Of a stretch of 32,789 nucleotides of DNA, positions 1 through 9,977 are shown one piece after another. The DNA comes from a virus (Duplodnaviria; Caudoviricetes). The notes below the pieces were generated by a model that was not told where the DNA came from, did no database searches, and was given only the letters and a program-made list of their open reading frames with translations. How positions within the stretch are numbered: position 1 is the stretch's first letter; every line of letters begins with the position of its first letter. A program made the translations under genes and the position numbers. The stretch lies in the IMG/VR virus record IMGVR_UViG_3300030330_002998, positions 1 through 32,789 of that record; one strand, 5' to 3'.

Positions 1-104
1 AGCAGAGTAACACTTTATCAATCTAATTTCACGGTTGGTGAGTTAGATCCTCTCGTTAAGGGTCGATTAGATATACAGCAATATTCTAGCGGTTTGGATA
101 GAGC
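1..104 (+). repeat. Terminal direct repeat, left copy (circular overlap)
   Basis: 1-104 matches 32686-32789 except T36/C32721 and A75/C32760. Confidence 0.97.
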
Positions 105-2451
105 AAAGAACATCACAGTCCTTCCACAGGGGGGCTTTGAACGCAGAGCAGGGTTGAGATACTTAGCAGACCTTACAAGCCATCTAGGAAGCTCCTACAC
201 AGCACAAATAGGGATGAGGCTCATACCCTTTGAATTTAGCAATACGCAATCCTTCATGCTAGTATTTGTTAAAAACTCAGCGACTGAAACAAGGATGTTT
301 GTCTATGCTAATCTTACTCTAATCACAAATATAAACGGCTCTGGAAACGACTACCTTGCCATAAACCTTGGCGATATAGATTTGTCAAAGATATTTTTTA
401 CACAATCAGCTGATACTTTGATACTTGTACAAGAAGACCTTGTTCCTGTTAAGGTTGTTAGGGGTGCTAATAACTCAAGTTGGACAGCTACTACAATCAC
501 CCTAACATCTCCGTTTCATGCGTTTACTCTTTCAACATCAAACCCAAATGCAAATATAACACCAGACGCAGTTGATGGGACAGTTAAGGTAACAGCATCC
601 TCAAGTGTTTTCACAAACAGTCATGTAAATCAATACATCAATGTCCTAAATGGTTTTGGTCGTGCTAGAATTATTGAGAGGGAAAGCGGTACTGTAGTAA
701 AAACTATTGTAGAAGTACCCTTCTTTGAGGCATCGGTTGCTATAACATCTGGCAATTGGGAACTAGAAACCGGTTATGAAGCAGTGTTTTCAAACACAAG
801 AGGCTTTCCAAGAACGTGTACATTTCACGAAGGACGTATGTTTTTTGGTGGCAGTAAGTCACTACCCAACACATTATTTGGATCAAAGGTTTCTGACTTC
901 TTTAATTTTAAATCAGATGAGGGTCTAGATGATGATGCTATATTCGTGACCCTATCTAGCGATAGTCTAAACGCAATAAACGCAATAAGATCTGGCAGAG
1001 ATTTACAAATCTTTACATCTTCAGGTGAGTTTTTTGTTCCGCAAACTTCTCTTGATCCTATTACTCCTTCAAACATTGTAATAAAGACAGCTACAAAAAG
1101 AGGAATGCAAGAAGGGATCAAGCCGGTATCAGCGGAAGCTGGTACTCTGTACATTCAGCGGTCGGGTAAGGCATTACGAGAATTAATATTTTCCGATCAA
1201 GACCTTAACTATAATTCAGAAAACGTATCTTTGTTATCCTCTCATCTTCTTAAATCCCCTACTAAAATGGCTTTACGCCATGCCACCTCTACTGATGATG
1301 GTGATCTTCTTATGATCACAAATGGGCAAGATGGCTCAATGGCTGTGTATTCTATACTAAGACCACAGAATGTAGTCGCTCCATCAGAGTTTATAACCAA
1401 TGGAAGGTTTGAAGATGTAAGCGTTGATATTGAGGATATCTATACTATCGTAAATAGAAATCTTCCCACACAAGCACAATTCACAATTACAATAGATCCG
1501 CGTCTATCAACACATAATTCACCATTCAATGCCAATATTATCTTTATGAATGCTGGTCATACAATAAAATTTTTTGACACTACTGGCACAGAATTTACAC
1601 TTCAATTAGAAGGCGTTGATGGCAACGCACATAATTCACCCGGCCCACCTCAAGGCAATACATATTTTTATCGACTTAATTCCAGTAATAATGACAGTGA
1701 AGCAACTCAACTATCAAGTACTGCCCAACAAATACGCAATGCCATTAATCAAATGCCTGGGTTTTCAGCAACAAGAGATACTAACGCCCCTTATACAATC
1801 ACTGTAACGAGGGATGCTGTTGGTAACAACAACCTAACAGTTACTAATTCTGATACAACAAACTTTACAACTACTAATTTTGACAGCGGAATACAGAAGT
1901 TCTATCTTGAGACATTTGACGATGATCGCACCACAGATGCATCAATACAATATTTTACTGGGGCAACGGCTCCGGATCAACCTTTGCCCACGACAACAAC
2001 GTGTAGTTCTCTTAGCCACCTAGAAAACTTTGCGGTAGATGTTATTCGTGATGATCTCGTTATCGTTGATAAACAAGTCTCGTCTGGAGCAATTACTATA
2101 GATCAGGTGCCAACATCCTATGTTGAGGTTGGATTGTCCTATGACGTTGAAGTGAAGACAATGCCAGCTGAACCAAGGTTGCCGACTGGGTTTGTAGCTT
2201 CTAGAAAAAGACGCATTGTTGAAGCCACACCAATAATGGACAGAACACAAAACCTAGCAATAAATTCAGTGGAAGTACCCTTCTCTCTTTTACCTTTAGA
2301 TGCCGGTGCAAGTTCAACATCCTTTACTGGGCGAAAACGTGTTGCCCCAATATTAGGCTATTCTAGCGAGGCCCAGATTACATTTACAATGACTAAACCT
2401 CTATTCGCTACAGTCCTTGCGGTAGAGTACAAATTATCAACAGGAGTATAA
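1..2451 (+). CDS. Tail tubular protein B / nozzle (T7 gp12, BPP-1 Bbp13-like); true start is ATG 32683 across the junction
   Basis: Frame is open from base 1; reconstructed N-terminus MSRVTLYQSNFTVGELDP..GRLD..QY..G is typical of this family; motifs GFPRTCTFHEGRMFFGG and LYIQRSGKALRE; follows tail tubular A. Confidence 0.88.
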   Translation, partial: SRVTLYQSNFTVGELDPLVKGRLDIQQYSSGLDRAKNITVLPQGGFERRAGLRYLADLTSHLGSSYTAQIGMRLIPFEFSNTQSFMLVFVKNSATETRMFVYANLTLITNINGSGNDYLAINLGDIDLSKIFFTQSADTLILVQEDLVPVKVVRGANNSSWTATTITLTSPFHAFTLSTSNPNANITPDAVDGTVKVTASSSVFTNSHVNQYINVLNGFGRARIIERESGTVVKTIVEVPFFEASVAITSGNWELETGYEAVFSNTRGFPRTCTFHEGRMFFGGSKSLPNTLFGSKVSDFFNFKSDEGLDDDAIFVTLSSDSLNAINAIRSGRDLQIFTSSGEFFVPQTSLDPITPSNIVIKTATKRGMQEGIKPVSAEAGTLYIQRSGKALRELIFSDQDLNYNSENVSLLSSHLLKSPTKMALRHATSTDDGDLLMITNGQDGSMAVYSILRPQNVVAPSEFITNGRFEDVSVDIEDIYTIVNRNLPTQAQFTITIDPRLSTHNSPFNANIIFMNAGHTIKFFDTTGTEFTLQLEGVDGNAHNSPGPPQGNTYFYRLNSSNNDSEATQLSSTAQQIRNAINQMPGFSATRDTNAPYTITVTRDAVGNNNLTVTNSDTTNFTTTNFDSGIQKFYLETFDDDRTTDASIQYFTGATAPDQPLPTTTTCSSLSHLENFAVDVIRDDLVIVDKQVSSGAITIDQVPTSYVEVGLSYDVEVKTMPAEPRLPTGFVASRKRRIVEATPIMDRTQNLAINSVEVPFSLLPLDAGASSTSFTGRKRVAPILGYSSEAQITFTMTKPLFATVLAVEYKLSTGV

Positions 2452-2452
2452 T

Positions 2453-2923
2453 ATGAGCTTTGTACAACTAGCGTTAGCCACATCAACATTTGCTGCGATG
2501 GCTCAAATGACGGCTGGAGAAAGAGCAAAAGAAGCCTATGAACAAAGAGCAAGAAATGAAGAACTGAATTCAAGAATAGAAGCAGTTAATGCAAAGAAAA
2601 AAGGAATAGAAGTTCTTAAAAGAACAAATGCAAGTCTAGCATCTATTATTGCAGGGTCTCCAAGGCAAGGGCTTGCATTCTCAGGAACTGTCTTAGACAG
2701 AGGGGTTTTTCTTGTTCAACGCCCTGCATCTGATGATTTTAGTGACACTGCGTTTAACGCTTCTATGGCACTAGCAACAGGTCAGATGAGGGCAGATGAT
2801 TTTAGATCCGCTGGTGACCAAGCACGATTGCAAGGACAGATTGGTGCAGCAACTACAATGGCTACGGCTTTTGCAACTGCTAGTGGTATAAGCCCTAATT
2901 CAATAGCACCGAGTATCTATTAA
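2453..2923 (+). CDS. Internal virion (ejection) protein, gp14-like
   Basis: Small Ala/Gly-rich protein with hydrophobic N-terminus and coiled coil, directly after the nozzle gene. Confidence 0.65.
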   Translation: MSFVQLALATSTFAAMAQMTAGERAKEAYEQRARNEELNSRIEAVNAKKKGIEVLKRTNASLASIIAGSPRQGLAFSGTVLDRGVFLVQRPASDDFSDTAFNASMALATGQMRADDFRSAGDQARLQGQIGAATTMATAFATASGISPNSIAPSIY

Positions 2924-4764
2924 TGCCACCAACCTTTCGCCCATATCAATCAGTAGGTCAAGGACTTAACAGACTTAATCTGCCTGAAGGAGCTGAAGCG
3001 ACAGAAGCACAGAGAACTAGGACTGTTTTATCTCGAAGCTTAGACAGAATGTCTAAGTTCTTTTTTGACAAAGCAGAAGAGCAAGCGACTATAGAAGGAG
3101 AGAAGTTTGGTATTGAGAATATGTCCTTACAAAAACTTAAGGATGCAAACAAACGAAACGAAGATATCTTTGATGTACCAGAGTTTGGCAACACTGTTTT
3201 TGGAAAAGCGGCAAGGGCATCCGCTCTAACTGTTTTAGAAAACGAAATACTTCTCGACTATAATAGTACTGTTAATGATCTTGTATTCAATGCAAACCAA
3301 AATGATACTAATCCAACTGTCCTTAGAAACCAGATAGATGCAACGATCAAAGGATATGTTGATGCTCTCAAGCCATCTGTCCCGGTTCTAGCTAAAAAAA
3401 TAGAGGGCAAGCTTACTCTGCAAGGAGCGAATGAGTTTGATAACTACAGAACAGCTCATGCCAAAGGGGTAGCAAAAAACCTTACAGCAACAAACATTAC
3501 TGCGTTAAATCTTCAGATTAATACTTTGGATGGAATTCTCAACAAGTTCTACAAGGAGGGTACTCTCACTCAGAAGTCTTTCTCAACACTTAGAGATGAG
3601 TTTGCTTCAGTTTTAGATAATCCTGCCGCAGGTCTTGGTCTATCTGACACAGAAAAAAAAGGCTATATAAAACAGATTGATGATAAGTTTGCATCTTTTG
3701 TTCAAGCAAAAGTATTTTCTATAGCTATGGACAAAGCGAAGCCAATGGCATTTTTAAACAGTCTGCTTGATCCTGATAACCCCAAAACAACCGGGAACGA
3801 AACGTTAGACAAACTTCTCAAATCACCCATGTTTGATCTTGATAGAAAGTCTGGCATTTTTGCTAACATAAAAAAAGAGATTAGAGATATAAGAACTGAA
3901 GAGAACTTAGAAGAAACAAGAAAAGAAAAAGAACTGCCCACCAAGGTTAATTCAGTAAACAGACGATTTAATAAATTCTTATATGGTATAAATAACAATG
4001 GGTTAGCTGATGTTGCCAATGCTCAGAAAGAAATTGCGGAAATGAATAAGATAGACCCAAGTAAGGTACCTGCTATGCAAAAGAAACTAGAAAACCTTAA
4101 AGGTGGGCTACGGGCAGTAAGTCACTTTAATCATCCAAATGTAATTACTTTTGTTAAAAAGCTCAATGCAGGTCAAGCAGACTATCAAGATCTTGCCAAT
4201 GTTGCAGACTTGTTAAGCCAACAAACCCTTGAAAACTATGATAAGCAACTTGATGAGATAACAGATGAGAAGTTTAAAAACGCACAAGCAACCCTTGTGG
4301 GTGAGCTAGGATATAGTCCAGAAGCAAAACTTGCAGAACAAGCTCTTGAGGAAACTGAGACCCGGGCCCAAGCCTACCGACTAGCCTATGCAGAACTATT
4401 AGAAAAAGCGAGTGATGCCAAACGTCTTAATCAAGATATTGATCTTAACCTTGAAGCCAAAAAGATTGCCAAAAAATACATAGATGATTTTGATATCAAG
4501 CTTGATAAGATCAATAGGAAAAAGATTGTGATAAATGTAAGAAAGAAAATCGAAGCGTTAAGAAGTGCTGGTGTAACAAATGTTCCAGATGTAAACGTCC
4601 AAGACCCCTCAGAAGCTTTGCAATTCGTTATTGATTACATGATTACAAACAAAAGAAACAAAGAAAGTCTTGCAAACTTTGGAGCAGGTTTAATAACCAA
4701 AGGCAATGTTGAAAGAAATATTGATGCACTCAGACTTGATCTTGAAAGGTTAAGAGGTGACTGA
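2923..4764 (+). CDS. Internal virion (ejection) protein, gp15-like
   Basis: 613 aa, helical/charged, translationally coupled, in the ejection-protein position. Confidence 0.6.
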   Translation: MPPTFRPYQSVGQGLNRLNLPEGAEATEAQRTRTVLSRSLDRMSKFFFDKAEEQATIEGEKFGIENMSLQKLKDANKRNEDIFDVPEFGNTVFGKAARASALTVLENEILLDYNSTVNDLVFNANQNDTNPTVLRNQIDATIKGYVDALKPSVPVLAKKIEGKLTLQGANEFDNYRTAHAKGVAKNLTATNITALNLQINTLDGILNKFYKEGTLTQKSFSTLRDEFASVLDNPAAGLGLSDTEKKGYIKQIDDKFASFVQAKVFSIAMDKAKPMAFLNSLLDPDNPKTTGNETLDKLLKSPMFDLDRKSGIFANIKKEIRDIRTEENLEETRKEKELPTKVNSVNRRFNKFLYGINNNGLADVANAQKEIAEMNKIDPSKVPAMQKKLENLKGGLRAVSHFNHPNVITFVKKLNAGQADYQDLANVADLLSQQTLENYDKQLDEITDEKFKNAQATLVGELGYSPEAKLAEQALEETETRAQAYRLAYAELLEKASDAKRLNQDIDLNLEAKKIAKKYIDDFDIKLDKINRKKIVINVRKKIEALRSAGVTNVPDVNVQDPSEALQFVIDYMITNKRNKESLANFGAGLITKGNVERNIDALRLDLERLRGD

Positions 4765-7013
4765 TGGCTGAAGAATTTGATTTAGTCTCTGAAATTATTC
4801 GCTCTAACAATCTTAGAATGAGTGATAACCATCAGCTGAGTATTGTAAAAGGAAAGCTTCAAGTTGAAGATCGTGAGGTTGGCCCAGACTACACCGATAT
4901 GGATCAAGCAATCAAGATGGTTGGTGAGGGCGATGAAGCTGAGTTAAAAGATCTTCTGGGCAAGGCTGAAGGTATAGAAGCTCCACCTCGAATAAGCAGA
5001 CAGAACATCAGAAACAGAGTGTTTCAAGGATTGACCAACGTAGGACTTGATCCAGAGAAGAGCAGTTTCGTTGCTGATCTCTTTGTAGGAGATATGGATA
5101 CAGAGTTTGGTCTTCTTGACATTATGGCTGTTATGTCCCCAGTTGACATCGTTGAAGGTATCAGACGCTTTAGAGGTGGGTCTAAGTTGGAAGGTGGTCT
5201 TCAAGCTGGGATGGGTTTTGCAGAAGCCGCTCCCTATGTTGGCAAGGCAGTCAAGACATTAAAAGAACCTATCAAATCGGCAGTAAGCTCAGTTGCAGGG
5301 CCTGCTCGAGAGTTTCTAGAAAAAAACCGTGGAGGTACTACGCTCGGATCTACAGATATTCCTAAGATGGTTGCTGAAGGTACTGTAGCTCTTGATGAGA
5401 TGATAAACAAACCACAAGGCCCAGAACTAACTGGCTCAAGTGGCGAGTTAGGATTTTATTCGAAAGCCTTAGAGGAGACAAAAAAGCTACAGCAAAAGAA
5501 AGGCACAGGCCAACAGTTTAGGCAGATGCTCAAGAAAGCCGGAGTGTCTGATGATGAGATAGAATGGTCTGGTCTTGAAACAGTTTTACGAAAAGATAAA
5601 ACGACAAAGAAAGAAATTGAAGATCAGCTTAGATTAAACAAATTAGAAATTAGAGAAGTTGTAAAAGACAAACTTCCAGAAGAAACGATGATGAATTGGG
5701 GTCTCCATGAATATGGTTTTAATTATGTAAAGTCAGCCGATGAACTAAAAGAGGGAGAACTTTCCACAAGTCCATCAGCAAAGATTCCTGCTGAAAATCT
5801 TATGACACCTGAGGAAGTTTATGGGCCTCGCTATATTGATGAACGAGCAGACGAATTTTTTAAAGAAAAGCGAGTACTTGAGCCAGAAAAGTACACAAGA
5901 GAACAAGCTAGATTGGATGCCTTAGAAGAGTTCTATAATGAGCCGTTTATAAGGATAGAAGACCAAAACACTGGCATGGTAATTCTTGGCAATGATATTG
6001 CTGGTTATAGTATCTTCAAAAATATGGAAGACACAAAAGGCGAAGGTGCATTTAAAAATGCAATAACAGATCTTCAAGGAGATCGTTTGGAGATAGCCAC
6101 CTTGCCAGAAGCGAAAGTACAAGCACAACAATTTGCTCTCGATGACGAACTTATTAGCATGACAGATGAGCGAATGGCTAGGTTTAGTGATGATGATTAC
6201 AGACTAGCTGGTGGAGAAAACTATAGAGAGTTTGTAATTACAAGTGATAAATATGACGATCCATATTTCACATTTAAACGAGATGAACCTTTCCAAGGAG
6301 ATCATTTTGATGAGGAAAATATTATAGGTCATTTTAGAACATCAGATCGCACAACTATGGCTGGTGACAAGGTTCTATATATAGATGAGATCCAAAGCGA
6401 TTGGGGTCAAAAAGGAAGAGAGGAAGGGTTTAGACCAAAGGATATAAATGATGAAAGAAATATCAAAGCAAGAAAGGGCTTTGGTTATGGTTACCTTGTT
6501 GTAAGAGGCCCATTTGTTGAGAATACACCTAAATGGACAGATCTTATTGTAAAAAGAATTTTAGCCAAAGCAGTTGAAGAAGGGTATGACATGGTGTCGT
6601 TTAGCCCCGGCTATATTCAAAACATGAGATGGAGAGAACCCGGTTTGCTTAAATACTACGATGATATCCTAGTTAAGAGAGTTACAAAGATCGTAGATCA
6701 GCTTGATGACACTGCTTTTGGTGCCGGGAATGAACAGCTAGGTCAGCTAAACAAAAATAGAAAGAGTAAAGGTTTTGGACGGATAAACCTAGATGATACT
6801 GATTTTGACGAAATTGAAGAGAGAGCGTTAGATCAATTTAAGGCTGATGGAGCTGAAGTTTTTGATTTCAAAGAAGATCAAGTCCTAAAGCCGTTTACTG
6901 TACGCATGACCAACAAACTCAAAGAAGGTGTGAAAAAAGGGCAATCTCTTTTTGCCTTACCGGTAGTGGCAGGAACTACGGCTATGACTATGGAGAATGA
7001 AGATGGTGGGTAA
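4764..7013 (+). CDS. Putative injected virion protein with polyvalent-protein-type GFYS...GGENYRE...EIQSDW domain
   Basis: Motifs GFYSKALE, EIEWSGL, GGENYRE, HFDEENIIGHFR, VLYIDEIQSDWGQKGR, PF...W..L..KR; lies in the ejection-protein cluster. Confidence 0.6.
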   Translation: MAEEFDLVSEIIRSNNLRMSDNHQLSIVKGKLQVEDREVGPDYTDMDQAIKMVGEGDEAELKDLLGKAEGIEAPPRISRQNIRNRVFQGLTNVGLDPEKSSFVADLFVGDMDTEFGLLDIMAVMSPVDIVEGIRRFRGGSKLEGGLQAGMGFAEAAPYVGKAVKTLKEPIKSAVSSVAGPAREFLEKNRGGTTLGSTDIPKMVAEGTVALDEMINKPQGPELTGSSGELGFYSKALEETKKLQQKKGTGQQFRQMLKKAGVSDDEIEWSGLETVLRKDKTTKKEIEDQLRLNKLEIREVVKDKLPEETMMNWGLHEYGFNYVKSADELKEGELSTSPSAKIPAENLMTPEEVYGPRYIDERADEFFKEKRVLEPEKYTREQARLDALEEFYNEPFIRIEDQNTGMVILGNDIAGYSIFKNMEDTKGEGAFKNAITDLQGDRLEIATLPEAKVQAQQFALDDELISMTDERMARFSDDDYRLAGGENYREFVITSDKYDDPYFTFKRDEPFQGDHFDEENIIGHFRTSDRTTMAGDKVLYIDEIQSDWGQKGREEGFRPKDINDERNIKARKGFGYGYLVVRGPFVENTPKWTDLIVKRILAKAVEEGYDMVSFSPGYIQNMRWREPGLLKYYDDILVKRVTKIVDQLDDTAFGAGNEQLGQLNKNRKSKGFGRINLDDTDFDEIEERALDQFKADGAEVFDFKEDQVLKPFTVRMTNKLKEGVKKGQSLFALPVVAGTTAMTMENEDGG

Positions 7014-9945
7014 ACCTTTAAGAGATAAAATCTTAAACTCGCTGAGACAGTTTGGATCAGAAGCTGAATACAAAGTCTATGGTCGAGATCTACCAAGTAA
7101 GCCAGAAAAGGTTGGTGGTCAGATAGTTGTTCCACAAGATGATGTTGCAGATATATCAGAGTATATGAAAGTTTTTAAGGACGATGGATTTACTGGTGAG
7201 AATGTCAACTTTATTCGTGTGGGTGATATCTTTAACAAAGACTTTGATGACCTTGATAAAATGGTTACAGACAATATGGGAACTCCCGGTGACCTAATCA
7301 AAAACCTCAAAAGCAAAAACAAAGAACTATTTGAGTTCCAACGCAGAAAAACTATGACCCTTGAAGAACAAGCAATGCAAGCAAAAGAACTTGGGTTTGA
7401 CACTATTTCGCAAAAGATACTTCTCAGAAAGCCAGGTGATATGCTACGACCTGAAGAAACTCTAGGAGGGTTTTTAGTTCTCAAACAACTTATTATGGAG
7501 ATACATCATGGGGCAAGAGAAACTCTTAATATCCCACAGTTCATTGGTGACAAACAACGCCTAGAAAACCTAGCCAAGCTAGAACGTCTGACAATGATGG
7601 CAAAAACCATGCAAGCTTCATTGAGTGGTCAAGTAAGTGAGTACGCTAGAGGATTGAACATTGCCGCAAACCTAGACACTATCTTGGATACAAACTTTGG
7701 TGGATTGAACAGAGCCTTTGAAAGTATGACTAATAAGACTGTATCAAGTATGCTTGATCAGAATGCTCGAAATGAAATTAACTATCATCTGATACAGCTA
7801 TCAACCTTAGATTTTAGAAAGAAAAATGAGTACATCTTCAATCTGCCTACAGGTGTAAATAGAACAATGGATGTAATGATGGAAGCATATATCAATGCTC
7901 TTCTTTCCTCTCCCGTCACACATACTGTAAATGTGGCAGGTAATGCCGCTTTTTCTATGATGCGTTTTATGGAAACGGGTATTGCAGGTGTTATTGGAAA
8001 CACTAGGCAAGCTATTGCAAAAGGTATGGGAATGGATGTTGATCCTCAAGATATGGCAATGGTTATGGATGCTAAAGCAAGGATGCATGGTTTTGTTATG
8101 GCTCAAGGTGATGCATTTAAACTTATGGGTCGAACCTTCATAACGGGGGATAGTGGTGACCTTATTGATAAGATTGACCTTAAAAGAATTGGTATAGGTA
8201 AAACAAATAACATTATCAATGTTATAGAGATGGCTCAAAGGGGTGAAAAGATGGATGCGGCAATCAATGCGTTTGGTATTGCTACAAGGATGCCCGGTCG
8301 TTTTCTTGCTGTTGAAGATGAATATTTTAAGGTCGTTAAAAGAAAACAAGTGATATACCAAGAAGCTTACAGGGCCCACGCTATAGAATATCAAATGAGG
8401 AGACAAGCTGGGGACAGTCGCTTAAAAGCAAAGAAAGAAGCACAAAAGGTATACAAGCAGTTTCTAGTAGAGCCACCTGCCGATGTTGTGGAAAAGGCAA
8501 AGAAGATAGCTCTCCAAGAAACATTCCAAGCACCTATCAATCAACCGGGGCTACAAACATTTAATCCTGTGTTCAACAACCACTTAGCTAAAATACTTGC
8601 TGTTCCTTTCTATAGAACGCCAACAAACATAATGATTGAAACACTTGATAGAGTAGTACCCCTCTCACCAATACTTGCAGGTTTTAGAAAGTCTGGTCGA
8701 GAGTTTGATGAAGCTCTGGCAAAGATAACGCTTGGATGGGGAACAATGGCAGTAGTATCGGCTCTTGTATCTGGTGAGTATGGCGATGATATTATTATTA
8801 CCGGGACTGGCCCAAGTGATCCAAAGGCAAAAGCAATTATCAACAAGGGGGCTAATGTTCCAAGCACTAGTATAGGATTTAAAAAACAAGACGGAACATA
8901 TGACTTCTATAGCTTCTCTCGATTTGATCCTTTGTCTTTCTTACTGACTGCAACTGCCGACTATATCAAGACTGCGGAGTATAACCCCCAAGGAGGTATG
9001 CTTGAAAATATGGGGCAAGCCTTACTTGTTGCTTTCTCTGAATACTCACAAAGTCTACCCTTTCTGCAAGGTGTAGCAGAATTTAACGAAATGTTATTTA
9101 ATAAGTATGAGAAGCCAGAGAAGTTTATTGAAAGATTTCAAAAGTTTGTAGCTACAAGAATTACTGATGTTGGTCTAACAGCAACCTCACAACTGATTGA
9201 AGGAGTGCCTGCTGCAACAGTTAGAAAGTATACATCACTCAATATAGGTTCTCCCGGTGCAACCTCTTTTACAGCGACAATGGAAAGACTAGGTGACCCT
9301 TACAAATCAAGCACCAGAGTACGCAAGGATCAAGTCAATGCAATGCGACTAGAAGAGGTCAGCCCTGCAATCTTAGCTTTCTATGAGACACTAAACAAGG
9401 CAAGAGCCAGACACCCTCTCTTCAGTAAAGATATGCCAGATGATGTAAACTTTTGGAATGAACCTATAATGCAGATGGATCCTGACCAGATACAAGAGAC
9501 AGGAAAGTTTGCGATGTACTTCAATCCAATACGCATACAGTCTGGGAGCTACAAACCTCTAGATGAAGAACTGATTAGATTGTCTGAAACGGGAATGGGT
9601 ACTTTCTCCCTTCATAGCACTACACAACGGGGATATAAGCTTTATGATGGGGAGTATCGAGATTTTGTTTTTATGGTAAACAACTTGGATGATGATGGCA
9701 ATCTGCCAACAGATAGGGGCTATGATAGTACTACCACAATGGTAGTAAAGATGAATAGGTATCTCGATCCAAGAACGCTTGAGGGTCAAGAATATTTTAA
9801 GGCTGATGAAGAAGAAAAATTTAATTTGCTCAATGATGTTCTGTCAGATGCACGAAAAGTAGCCAGAGATAAGCTGTTTTCATCTGGACGATTAAAAGAA
9901 ATCTACGAAGCTGACAACCCAGAAAAGGTTTCAATATTTGATTAA
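7003..9945 (+). CDS. Large internal virion (ejection) protein, gp16-like
   Basis: About 980 aa; motifs NALLSSPVTHTVN and PFYRTPTNI plus amphipathic/hydrophobic segments; GGAG 7 nt before ATG 7003 favours this start over 6997. Confidence 0.65.
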   Translation: MVGKPLRDKILNSLRQFGSEAEYKVYGRDLPSKPEKVGGQIVVPQDDVADISEYMKVFKDDGFTGENVNFIRVGDIFNKDFDDLDKMVTDNMGTPGDLIKNLKSKNKELFEFQRRKTMTLEEQAMQAKELGFDTISQKILLRKPGDMLRPEETLGGFLVLKQLIMEIHHGARETLNIPQFIGDKQRLENLAKLERLTMMAKTMQASLSGQVSEYARGLNIAANLDTILDTNFGGLNRAFESMTNKTVSSMLDQNARNEINYHLIQLSTLDFRKKNEYIFNLPTGVNRTMDVMMEAYINALLSSPVTHTVNVAGNAAFSMMRFMETGIAGVIGNTRQAIAKGMGMDVDPQDMAMVMDAKARMHGFVMAQGDAFKLMGRTFITGDSGDLIDKIDLKRIGIGKTNNIINVIEMAQRGEKMDAAINAFGIATRMPGRFLAVEDEYFKVVKRKQVIYQEAYRAHAIEYQMRRQAGDSRLKAKKEAQKVYKQFLVEPPADVVEKAKKIALQETFQAPINQPGLQTFNPVFNNHLAKILAVPFYRTPTNIMIETLDRVVPLSPILAGFRKSGREFDEALAKITLGWGTMAVVSALVSGEYGDDIIITGTGPSDPKAKAIINKGANVPSTSIGFKKQDGTYDFYSFSRFDPLSFLLTATADYIKTAEYNPQGGMLENMGQALLVAFSEYSQSLPFLQGVAEFNEMLFNKYEKPEKFIERFQKFVATRITDVGLTATSQLIEGVPAATVRKYTSLNIGSPGATSFTATMERLGDPYKSSTRVRKDQVNAMRLEEVSPAILAFYETLNKARARHPLFSKDMPDDVNFWNEPIMQMDPDQIQETGKFAMYFNPIRIQSGSYKPLDEELIRLSETGMGTFSLHSTTQRGYKLYDGEYRDFVFMVNNLDDDGNLPTDRGYDSTTTMVVKMNRYLDPRTLEGQEYFKADEEEKFNLLNDVLSDARKVARDKLFSSGRLKEIYEADNPEKVSIFD

Positions 9946-9977
9946 TTATAGTATAAAATTTACAAGGGGCTACTAGA

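Noticed and set aside
94-96. TTG start for tail tubular B given by the ORF track
   Set aside because: The frame is open from base 1 and the real ATG is at 32683 across the junction
1-104. Terminal repeat as a biological T7-like DTR
   Set aside because: It falls in the middle of an essential tail gene, which fits assembly circularisation better
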